Positions 15,435 through 26,709 of a stretch of 64,000 nt of DNA are shown one piece after another. Made by a program: the position numbers and the translations under genes. Every line of letters starts with the position of its first letter. Position 1 is the stretch's first letter. The stretch lies in NCBI RefSeq assembly GCF_009914755.1, contig NC_060926.1, one strand, 5' to 3'. The notes below the pieces were generated by a model that saw only the letters and a list, made by a program, of their open reading frames with translations, was not told the origin of the DNA and searched no databases. The DNA comes from the human T2T-CHM13v2.0 reference genome, Homo sapiens.

Positions 15435-16270
15435 TCAGTTAAATACTGTACTTTCAGTTAATGTAATTTAGCAATGTAAGATCACATACATGTATCTAAG
15501 ATAATTTATAAAATGTTTATACCCTAAAATATCTTTCCTTCTGCAAAGAAAGTTTGTGCTCCTTACTTGACTGTGCCAGTTCATGGTAAAATGGAGAAGG
15601 TGGAGAAAGGTCAGCCCAGGGAAAGGGGAAAGTCCATTAACCCAAGATAAATTATTTAGAAGAAACCATATCCATTCTCTACCCATAGGCCTTTCAATTC
15701 AATTATTGCTATCTTCCAGGTAAATAGCCTTAGGAAATTTCTGAAAAAGTGGCCAGGGCTTCAGTAAGCAGGTAGCATGGGGATGCATGTCACCCATTGC
15801 AATACTGAAATGGAAACTACCTAAAATTTAGAACTGTTTTTACATGCTTCATTGTGCTCAGCTAATTGGGTTTCTTGAATTTTAGAACTTGAGTACAAAG
15901 GTCGTGCATACTTTTTTGTGTTCCAGCTGAATTTCATATAATGTTGTAATCAAGGACTTCAGGAGACATTGGCATTATTTTTCTTTACAGATTTTCTTGG
16001 ACTCAGGTGGATTTTCTCAATTTGCCAATAAAAAGGAATAATGATATTACATTAAAATGAACTATGTCTCAAAATATAAAAACCTTTTGGTAATCAAATG
16101 GTTAAATACTCATATTTAATTTAATCTTATTTTTGTTAATTTGAAAATAGAAAAAAAAATCTGCTAAAGATCCTTTCAAGGGAAAGCTATAGCTCAGCTC
16201 ATGTATAAAAAGCCACATAAAAATGACTCTGGAGACCTTGGCTACACGTTCAGCGGTCAAATATTTCAAT

Positions 16271-16297
16271 GCTCTGTTGCTCTCCTTCCTGTTACAG
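16271..16297 (+). promoter_or_regulatory. CSRNP3: Polypyrimidine tract and 3' splice acceptor of the CSRNP3 start exon
   Basis: gctctgttgctctccttcctgttacAG|G, with the AG at 16296-16297. Confidence 0.88.
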
Positions 16298-16320
16298 GTA
16301 CATGTGACAGCACTGCAGCG
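16298..16320 (+). other. CSRNP3: 5' UTR part of the CSRNP3 start exon (23 nt)
   Basis: Lies between the acceptor and the ATG at 16321. Confidence 0.85.
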
Positions 16321-16468
16321 ATGAGTGGAATTTTAAAGAGGAAGTTTGAAGAAGTTGACGGCTCCTCACCCTGCTCCTCTGTGAGGGAATCAGATGATGA
16401 AGTTTCCAGCAGTGAAAGTGCTGACAGTGGGGACAGTGTCAATCCATCCACTTCTAGTCATTTTACCC
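16321..16468 (+). CDS. CSRNP3: Cysteine/serine-rich nuclear protein 3, first coding exon (codons 1-49 plus 1 nt; partial CDS)
   Basis: Translates MSGILKRKFEEVDGSSPCSSVRESDDEVSSSESADSGDSVNPSTSSHFT, which I recognise as the CSRNP3 N-terminus (family LKRKF motif plus Ser-rich tract). It ends at a canonical phase-1 donor CCC|GTGAGT at 16469. Confidence 0.96.
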
Positions 16469-17010
16469 GTGAGTACTGAAATCAGAACCGAAGTCAATTG
16501 TCTGGTTCTACAGCAAAACTAATTGTGTCATTTTTATTTTTACCTTTCATGCTAGCTATATATATTTTCCCATCAACCAAATACAAAGAACACTTACCCA
16601 AAAATGAAATATTTTTCGGGTGACTCAGTAGATTCCTTTATTTAGAATACTTTTTTGCAGTGGATTATTTGATTGTATTAATTAACTAATTTAATTTAAA
16701 GATCACATTACATTATTAATACTTTCCCAAGTAAACACCTAGTACTCTGGGAATAGATGAGGGAAGACAAAGAATAAATCCAGTTTCAAAAAAAAAGTAT
16801 CCTTTCATAATTGAAATGATGTTCTGGGAGAAAACATTTTAAAAGGCATTATTAAGGAATGGAGAGTGTAGATTATGATGAGAAGGAGTTTAGGCAGCCA
16901 GGGATTAAGCAGAAATGTGAAGGCAGCAAGTCTCCCCCAATTGTGCAAGTGTGTACAGTCTAATGGCTCTTTCCTAGTAATTCCTCTAGTCTCTCTTCTC
17001 CAGTATTTAA

Positions 17011-17374
<364 letters not shown>

Positions 17375-17689
17375 TATGTTTTCTTTTTGATTTTTTTTTT
17401 TTTTTTTTTTGCCACATTGTAATGTCAGCCCTTCTGTCAGACAAGATAAAGGGAGGTTTGAAGGACTGATATGAAAAATTCTTAAGGTAATGTAATCTAT
17501 AGTCTAAAGGAAACTGACTAGCATAGTTAAATAATCTTTTTAAAATTTATGTTCCTTAAACAAGAAGATTTTAATATGTCTTAATATCATGACAGATAAC
17601 TGGTCTTGGTTTTTTACTTTCCAATTAGTTAATGTTATTAATATATGATTCTATAACAAAGAATTTACTTTGGCAATGTAGCAACTCAA

Positions 17690-19600
17690 ACAACTAAATG
17701 ATTTAAACATATTTTTAAGAGGTAATAAGGAACTCAATAGCTGTTGAACATGAAATAAATATAGTAAAATCAATAGCATTCCATTAAGCAAGCACAACTA
17801 ATTAGACAATATGATGAAAAGATGATTATAATTATTATAGCAGAAAAATTTATAAAATATTCAGGGATAAAGTTATTGTGTGATGTAGGTGGTCTACAAA
17901 TACATTTACACATATCATGATGGTATGAAATGAGCTTGTGCTTTTGACTCAGAAGAAGAGATGTATTTATGTTTTGGGTCTTAATACTAGTAGTGATAAC
18001 ATCATTATCTCACATGGTATTGCAAAGATCAGACAGAGCAAGTGAGTTAATACACATGAAAAAACGTTGTAAAATGTCAAGTACTAGGCACATGTTAAAT
18101 TAAAAATTATGATCATAGCTTACATTTATTGGATACAGACTATGCTCCAATAGCTTTATAGACATTATCCATACTCCTTACAGCAATTCTGAAAGTAAGT
18201 AGTACTACCTCCAATTTACAAAGGAAACAACTGAGGCTCAGAGAGGCTAAGCGTCTGGCAAAAGATCACACAGGAGTTGAGCCTGGATATATATACATGT
18301 CCTACCACATAGCCTCTACCTTTTGCATGGTCTTATTCCGCCCCTTAATTATATAACATTGGACATATCTTTAAAATGTGATTTCTCATGAGTTATAAAG
18401 GAAGACTTAATTAGTGAAGAGGCAGATTATGTTTCTGGATATAAAGGTCTGGATATTAATGGTTTCAACATTAATTTCTAAATATAAGAGTAAAACCAAA
18501 ACAAAATCTTCAACTGGCATTTCTAGGGCGCCCAGGCATTTCTAATGTGCCCTACCTAGGAATGCATAGAAAATCCCAACATGTTATATATGAAAATTTT
18601 ATATGTAAGAAGAAAACATTATAAGATAATGAGAAAGGGAAAGACTATTTAAGAAATGGTTATGGTCTTAGGAAATTTGAAAAAGAAGTGATTTAGACTC
18701 ACGTCTCACAACATATGCCAAAATACCAGATAGATTACATGGACAATTTTTTTTAATAATGAGGAAAGTTACATTTTGCCAGACGTTTAGTAGAATCACT
18801 ATATGAACTTTGATATGAGAAGAAGAAATAATCACATTGGAAAATACTTAATATATTTAATGATGTAAAAGTATTAAACTTATTTGCTATTTAAAAAAAG
18901 CCCAAAGTGAAACAGTTTATATTGGAAAAAATATTTACATTATTTTCTGGATAGAGTATAGCAAAAGTACATGTAATTTCTTGAGATAAACACGAAGACA
19001 CACATCTCCAAAGAAAATCCACATAGTAGGAAATATAATTAACAAATGTTTTAAAGCATTTAACAACAATAGTAACAAAGAGGCAGATTAAAAAATGCTA
19101 ATGAGATTTCATTAGTATGAAATCACAGAGATTTCATCCCTTGAAATCGGTACTCATTTCTCCAATAAAAAATACTAATACCTAAGTGCTGGTGAAGGTT
19201 GCAGTACAGATTGTAGGCACACACATTGCTATGAATGGCAGTGATATTTAGAAAGCACTTCGGAAATACAAGAGCCATAAAAGCATTCATAAGTGTCTAC
19301 TTCAGAGAATTTATCTGAAGAGAGAAATATTAAAAACAAGGTGAAAACTATATAAATGAAAATATTTGTGGTTGATAGTAGTCCCAAACAAGAGGGGTTG
19401 GGGAGGAGAGAGAGAAAGGTAACCTAAGAGTGAGGAAATGATCCATTAAGTTACGGTAACTCATTCAATTAATTTATTTTCATGATAGTTATGAAGACCT
19501 TTTGGCAATATGTACAATGTTTGTGAAATAATGATAAGTAAGAAAAGCAGAAGACAATATTTTATCTATACTGTCAGGCAAAGTCTAAGTCTGTACATGC
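17690..19600 (+). mobile_element. Highly decayed L1M (L1ME-like) fragments interrupted by MIRs (~17900-18330)
   Basis: A-rich ORF2/3'UTR-like motifs (aaaatcaatagcattcc; cacaacatatgccaaaata; ctaagtgctggtgaagg) and the MIR motif tttacaaaggaaacaactgaggctcagagagg. Confidence 0.5.
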
Positions 19601-20209
19601 ACAAAGGTAAAGAATGGTAAGTTGTCCTAAAAATTGGAAACAATTTGATTTGTTGAGGAATTAAAATTATGGATGAATTTTTATATTTATTAATTTTTAT
19701 TTCTGTTAATTTTATATGTATTCTCACAACAAGGTGTCCAACTTAAACTGCTAAAAATTATAACTGTAGTTTATCTTGTGTTTATGTTTGCAAAACAGCA
19801 GATTGAAATGGCCTGGTGAGCTAAGGTATATATTAGTCAGCAAATATAGACTTTGTTATAAGTTATGTTCAGCCGAGATTATTTTTTTCATTGAAGAAAG
19901 TAGACTTATTTTACGATGTCTAAGAAGTCATTGAAGTGTTTCAGCACATCATTTAATATCAGTGGTAGTGGCAATGGTTAGTTTACTAACATGCTGTTTT
20001 AGCTTTGTATTAAATATAATCTGGCAGAGATTTTTCTTGCTTTTTAAAAATAATTCAAGAAAAGATTTAATAAAAAGTGCCCTTTTAATTTAATAGTGCT
20101 TTTTTCACTATATTCACATTAGGAAGAGAGACATAAAGTGGGAAAAAATAGTAAAGACTCAAAAGACAAAATTTCTGCCTGGAATATTTCTTGTAGAAAA
20201 GATCTGAGA

Positions 20210-20505
20210 GGTTGGGCACAGTGGCTCATGACTATAATCCCAGCACTTTGGGAGGGTGAGGCAGGAGGATTGCTTGAGCCCAGGCATTTGAGACCACCAT
20301 GGGTCTCAAATCCCCATCTCTAAAAAAATTAAAAAGAAAAATAGCCAAGTATGGTGGTGCATGCCTGTGGTCCCAGCTACTTGGGAGAATCACTTGAGCC
20401 CAGGAGGTTGAGGCTGCAGTGAGCCATGATTGCACCACTGCACTCAAGCCTGGGTGACAGAGCAAGACCCTGTCTCAAAGCAAAACAAAAACAAAAAACA
20501 AAAAG
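20210..20505 (+). mobile_element. AluJ whose tail runs into a GAAA STR
   Basis: J-type Alu with TSD aaagatctgag at 20198-20208 and 20628-20638. Confidence 0.88.
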
Positions 20506-20535
20506 AAAGAAAGAAAAAGAAAGAAAGAGAGAGAG

Positions 20536-20597
<62 letters not shown>

Positions 20598-20625
20598 GAA
20601 AAGAAAAAAAGAAAGACGAAAGGAA
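20500..20625. repeat. (GAAA)n/(GA)n polypurine microsatellite
   Basis: About 120 nt of near-pure purine repeat, directly visible. Confidence 0.95.
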
Positions 20626-20639
20626 GTAAAGATCTGAGG

Positions 20640-20863
20640 TTTTTTTGTTTGTTTGTTTGTTTTGAGACAGTGTCTCACTGTCACGCAGGTAGCTGGGACC
20701 ACAGGTGCACACCACTGCACCAGGCCAATTCTTGTATTTTTTTGTAGAGATGGGGTTTCATCATGTAGCCCAGACTGGTCTCAAACTACTGGGCTCTGAC
20801 AATGCCCCTGCCTCTGCCTCCCAAAGTGTCAGGATTACAGGCAAGAGCCACCATGCCCATCCT
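20640..20863 (-). mobile_element. AluJ-like element with an internal deletion
   Basis: (TTTG)n tail, then gagacagtgtctcactgtcacgcagg joined directly to tagctgggaccacagg, then the left monomer. Confidence 0.85.
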
Positions 20864-21204
20864 GTGATCTAAGCATTTTAGCCAGTGTGAGAGGAGTAGC
20901 TAAAAGAGTTTCTTGTTTCTAGAAATGTATTTCAGATTATTTGCTAGTCCAAAAATTGATATACAAGTTTTTAGGACATTTATTATTTATTATGCTGTCT
21001 AGATTAAGGTATGGGCTTCTCTGCAATGGTTTTGTTGGATGTGAATCAATGTTTATAAACTTTCAGAAATATTATTATTGATAAGTCCTATTTCTTTAAT
21101 TTTTTTTACTTAAAATGATTACTTGTCTTATAGTAAAGAAGGATTTTTGAAGACTATCAAATTTGTGTAGCATTAACAAACAATTTAATTTCACATTGGG
21201 ATTC

Positions 21205-22031
21205 TTTTTTTTTTTTATTATACTTTAAGTTTTAGGGTACATGTGCACAATGTGCAGGTTAGTTACATATGTATACATGTGCCATGCTGGTGTGCTGCAC
21301 CCATTAACTCGTCATTTAGCATTAGGTATATCTCCTAAAGCTATCCCTCCCCCCTCCCCCCACCCCACAACAGTCCCCAGAGTGTGATGTTCCCCTTCCT
21401 GTGTCCATGTGTTCTCATTGTTCAGTTCCCACCTATGAGTGAGAATATATGGTGTTTGGTTTTTTGTTCTTGCAATAGTTTACTGAGAATGATGATTTCC
21501 AATTTCATCCATGTCCCTACAAAGGACATGAACTCATCATTTTTTATGGCTTCATAGTATTCCATGGTGTATATGTGCCACATTTTCTTAATCCAGTCTA
21601 TCATTGTTGGACATTTGGGTTGGTTCCAAGTCTTTGCTATTGTGAATAGTGCTGCAATAAACGTACGTGTGCATGTGTCTTTATAGCAGCATGATTTATA
21701 GTCCTTTGGGTACATACCCAGTAATGAGATGGCTGGGTCAAATGGTATTTCTAGTTCTAGATCCCTGAGGAATCACCACACTGACCTCCACAAGGATTGA
21801 ACTAGTTTACAGTCCCACCAACAGTGTAAAAGTGTTCCTATTTCTCCACATCCTCTCCAGCACCTGTTGTTTCCTGACTTTTTAATGATTGCCATTCTAA
21901 CTGGTGTGAGATGGTATCTCGCTGTGATTTTGATTTGCATTTCTCTGATGGCCAGTGATGGTGAGCATTTTTTCATGTGTTTTTTGGCTGCATAAATGTC
22001 TTCTTTTGAGAAGTGTCTGTTCATGTCCTTC
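21205..22031 (-). mobile_element. L1PA3-like 5'-truncated LINE-1 (3' UTR plus ORF2 C-terminus with a premature stop)
   Basis: ORFs 21773-22024 and 21422-21715 are in-frame pieces of the ORF2p C-terminus (..[10 protein letters not shown]..; ..FSLIGGN*). The 3' UTR reads ctaaatgacGAGttaatggg, not the L1HS ACA/ACG form. Confidence 0.92.
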
Positions 22032-22909
22032 AGTGTGGTTGCCCTTATTTAAATCTCACTCATCATGGGCTAATCTTTCAAATTTAAAATATCTCATGTA
22101 CCCAGTGTTTTATAAGCACTAACATATTGTGTAACATAACATTTTGTTGTCATTACAAATACAGAAATTGATAAGATTGTTTGGTATGTGTCAACAGCTA
22201 TGGTAGTAGAAAATTCCATGCTATTGTAAGCTTTCTGTTAAAATATCCAATTTGTAGCACACCACATTATGGTAATAAAAGCTTCAAAATATAAATCAAT
22301 AAGGTCATTATGGCTTTTTCCTTGGACTTCTGAATTTTGCTAGGCAACAAGCATACTTACCAGTCATCAACCAAGGTCATATCTTGTACTTCCCTTGAGA
22401 TAGAAACAGCAGAGTCTGTATTGCTGTGAAACGCTTTGTTTCATCAAATCCCTATGGCTCTATAGCCAATCAGCCTGTACTTGAGCACTGTCAAGAGGAG
22501 AGCTACAGAGAAACTAGAGAGGAATGATTTTTTTTCTGCCCTCTCAAGGTTCTTGGCACTTCACATAAGTAATGAAAAGCTATGTGCTGAGCCATAGTCC
22601 CAAAAGGAACACATTATGTCTCTTGAAACAGAGTGTTTCTACAAATAAATGTATAGTATTTAAGAAGTGAAAATATCAGGAAGTAAAAGGATACACATTC
22701 TAAATTGCACATGAATGCAAGCAGTGGATGTCCTACAATAGAATTAAGATTTTTTTTAATTTATGAAACACTTTCACATTCTTGAGTTCATTTAATAGCC
22801 AAAAAGTGTTGTGTGATTAGGAGCCAATTATCATGCCCTTTTATAAAAGTAGAAATTAACATTCATAAATGGACTTATACTTTACCCAAGAGCTAAGATA
22901 CAATCTGTT

Positions 22910-22980
22910 TGCTTCCTTCCTTCCTTCCTTCCTTGTCTCCCTCCCTCCCTTCTCTCCTTCCCTCCCTCCCTTTTCTCTCT
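22910..22980. repeat. (TTCC)/(TCCC) CT-rich simple repeat
   Basis: Directly visible. Confidence 0.85.
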
Positions 22981-24155
22981 GAATACACAAGGCATAAATA
23001 TGCCATCATGTGCACCCAAAGTCAGTCTTTCCCCAGTGTGATTTCCCTACTACTGGCTCCACATTTCATAATGGGATTAGACATAAAGAATCAATAGAAA
23101 ACAGATTTGACATTAAACTTTATTAGAAGTATGACTGGAACATGCCTGTTCTCTTTACTAAGCAGTTAAAATGCATTGAAGATTTAGATTTAATTTCAAC
23201 AAACATGGTATCTTATGTTACAGGCTCTGAGCTAGGACCTTTCAAACCTGTCAAAGTGATATATTCCAAACAGTAAATACAACTTGGCGATACAGTGATA
23301 AATTATGTCTACCCAGCATTGTAGTATTAGTTTGAGAACTAACTTTAGCAAAGACATATGTCGCAATCTACCCTGACTCAATGCTTTTGTAAACAATGGA
23401 GGAGTGTTCAGGCCAAGCTGAACACAAGAGTTTTAGAAGAAGTCTTTGCTTAAGCAGGAGGTAGGACATCATGACGCTCAAAAGATCCTTTCTAGCCTGT
23501 AATAATATGCTTATAAGAAACAGGATCCAAAATAGGCATCATAAGTTAGAGTCAAGGCCAAGCAGGAAAGGAAGCAGCATAGATAAAGGTGCCTCTGAAA
23601 ATCTACTATTAAATTAAGAGGTTCCCAGACTCTTCACACCCACTTATGCCTGGAAAACAACCAATTAGCTTTGGCTTGGGGTACACAATCTGGGACCAGC
23701 TGCAGATCATATGTAGAAACATGCAGATCATAAATAGGTCATGTTCAGACATGGACCAGTTGAATCATTAGGTGTTTATTGTTGGAGATAAAGGAGTTAA
23801 GTAAATTATGAGTGGAGGAAGATATTTATGAGCTAGTAGTCCTCTGGAAAATAGTCACTTGGATATGCAATAAGGCCTGTTGTCTGATACAATAGAATTG
23901 TTATCAGATCATCTGTCTGCAAGATTGTGGACTCCAGTAATTATAAATCAGAAATAGTTAACCACTGCTACTTCTTCTGGTCTTACTGAGACCATCCTTC
24001 AAACAGAAATATCTTTTTTTCCTCCCAATTTCTGACTAAGTTCTATACCTGCTACAAGTTTCATATCAAATATTTCTTTCTCCATAAAAACTTCACCAAG
24101 TCTCTCTCATTTGACACATCCTCTTCGCCATCTCCTCAGAATCTCCTGATGTTTC

Positions 24156-24465
24156 TTTATTTTTTTATTTTTTTTAATTTTTTTTGAGACAGAGTCTCGC
24201 TGTCGCCCAGGCTGGAGTGCAGTGGCGCAATCTCGGCTCACTGCAGGCTCTGCCCCACGGGGTTCACGCCATTCTCCTGCCTCAGCCTCATGAGTAGCTG
24301 GGACTACAGGCACCTGCCACCGTGCCCGGCTAATTTTTTGTAGTTTTAGTAGAGACGGGGCTTCACCGTGTTAGCCAGGATGGTCTTGATCTCCTGACCT
24401 CATGATCCGCCCGCCTCGGCCTCCCAAAGTGCTGGGATTACAGGCGTGAGCCACCGCGCCCGGCC
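24156..24465 (-). mobile_element. AluY (Ye-lineage-like) with 17-bp TSD
   Basis: The sense strand has gaaccccgtggggcagagcctgcag and the 2-bp deletion gacagcgagact. TSD gaatctcctgatgtttc at 24139-24155 and 24467-24483. Confidence 0.88.
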
Positions 24466-26229
24466 TGAATCTCCTGATGTTTCACAAACATTCACAAACT
24501 TTGGCAATGGTTTTCCTTCTTCTTTCCATCCTAGTATTTTCCATCAAACTGAGTGATGTCAGTTAACTGTGTGATGGCTCATAGAACTGATCAGCTTTGT
24601 GTTTCCTTGAGCACTCTGACCTGGATTCCTTACTTCAATTCCATTCATGTCTTTTACCACCACTCCATTTAGCACCTAATGTCTGCAACCTCACCCACAA
24701 GACGTTTGCAAACCAGACCAATTCTCCTTCTGAAATACTCAATTCCAGTATTACAAATTCAGATCATAACCTCTTTTCCTTCCACTTCCTTCCTCTCCTC
24801 ATCCACTTTTTTTTAACCTCATCTCTTGTTTTCCCCAGTGTAGCACTCACCGCTTGTCTTTATATAAGTTTCCATGCCACACCAATTGCCCCATTATTTC
24901 AGTATTTTATTTTATTTAAAGGCCAGGACTCTTCACCACTTTCCTGCCATGTTCTTCACTCTATATCCATTTTTTATTCAAAACACTTGAAAACTTCTTT
25001 AAAAGTTTTGGAGAAAATGACAAAACTGTGTTTTCAAACTCAGCTACTTGTTAATGCCACACAAGCATCCCACCAGGTAGATTTTCTGGCCATCTCAAAG
25101 CACACAATGTTCATGTCTCCTCCAATCACTTTTCCCTCACCTCCTATTTCATGTACAGCAGAGCTTGCTTTCTCATCGTCTTGCACCCTTCATTCATATT
25201 TGTTATTACCCACATGTCTTTACCCTAATAGGCAGGGCTTTCAAAATGAGTTTTGAAGGAATTAATGTAAGCTTATTAAAAGCAGGAATGTATGTTTATC
25301 ATCTGATCAGTACATGATAAGTATTTATATCAATGAATGAGTGAATGGACATTTATTAGGTATTTGAAACTTACCATTCACTGCACTAGTATTAGGAGGT
25401 GGAAATATAAAAGTAAACAAGACATGATCCAGTTTCTGCAGAAACTCACGATCTAACAGTATTTTAGCATTTCTCTAACACTTACTGTATTCTATTTTAC
25501 ATTGGAATTATTTATGCACACATCTTATCTTTTCTTGGGATTTATAGAACTTAACTGTGTATACTTCTTGCTACTTGGTGCTGGTTCAATTACTGTTAAA
25601 TGCTTAATAACATTTAGCTTTGTAAAGTCTTGTCTTCTTTAGTACAACTAAGCCTTATAAAGTAAAAAAGAAAAAAGAGATGCATTTATTAGAAGACTTC
25701 ACAATGGTACAAACATTAGTGGAAATAAATACCAATTTACAAGCTAACTGTAATTTATAATTTTGATGAGTGTCATTGTGATGTATCAGGATCCTGATTT
25801 ATTACTTATCATATCTGAATACATGTAATGATGAACTGTGTTTTAAATAGTGTCTCACTATAATTATGCATTCTTAACATGTACCTTTCTGGTTTCATTT
25901 GCTTATATATAGCTTTACCAGGCAGAAACATCACTGTTTAATTGGATGCTGTGCAGCTATTTATGCAGGAACTGTATAACACACTTGAGGGAGTCTGAGT
26001 TGTTTTCACCTTCACCATCCTTTGAATTGGCTAGGAAAAAAGGGCATTACTAAGTCAGGTCACTAACATCATATAAATACAGTTCATTTAGTTCTTGTTT
26101 GATTTGTTTTAAATTCAGGATCAGGACCTCACATTTAGCCTTAAAAATAGTAACATTTGATTTAGCTCTTTATTTCAGCCTACTGAGATTTTTAAAAATT
26201 ATTTCTGTCTTCTTATATATTTGCTTTTT

Positions 26230-26690
26230 CTCCCACAGTCACGTCTTATATAAATGTATCTGAAATCTGTCTACTTATCTCCATTTGTTTTGTACCATAT
26301 CACCATCCTCTTTCTCCTGGACTGCTGCAGGAAAGAGCCTTCCAGACGCCCTCTCTGCTTCCTCTCTTGTTCAAGCCTCAGCCTCTTCTCTATGCTGGCA
26401 TCTTTCAATCATTTTCAATTCATCAATCACTTTCAATTGAACTCATTACTGTGGCTTCCAGAATCCTGTACTCCCTTCCTATGCTTGAGCCTTCACTCTC
26501 CTGCCTTCTCTCCATCTCCAAACTCCAGCCACATTGATCTTTACTCAGTTCTTTGAACATGACAAATTTCCTTACCCTAAAATTCTGCTTGGAACAATGT
26601 TCCCATGACTGACTCCTCATATTTCAGGTTTCAGCTTAAATACCATTTCTTTAGTATAGCCATCCCTGGTCACCTCCATCTAAAGTACGT
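26230..26690 (+). mobile_element. L2 LINE fragment
   Basis: tcaccatcctctttctcctggactgctgca...ccagccacattgatcttt...caggtttcagcttaaataccattt...catctaaagta. Confidence 0.7.
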
Positions 26691-26709
26691 AGGCCCAAAG
26701 TCCTCATCT

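Noticed and set aside
20377-20747. K/E/R-rich and F/L/S-rich ORFs
   Set aside because: These are translations of the GAAA microsatellite.
21422-22024. ORFs with strong L1 ORF2p identity
   Set aside because: A truncated L1 with an in-frame stop and no promoter. It is reported as a mobile element, not a CDS.
24597-25256. Longest ORF in the window (219 aa)
   Set aside because: It has a non-ATG start and a low-complexity S/L/F/H composition typical of CT-rich DNA. The segment SEILNSSITNSDHNLFSF resembles the SDH end of an L2 endonuclease, so it is probably a decayed L2 rather than a gene.
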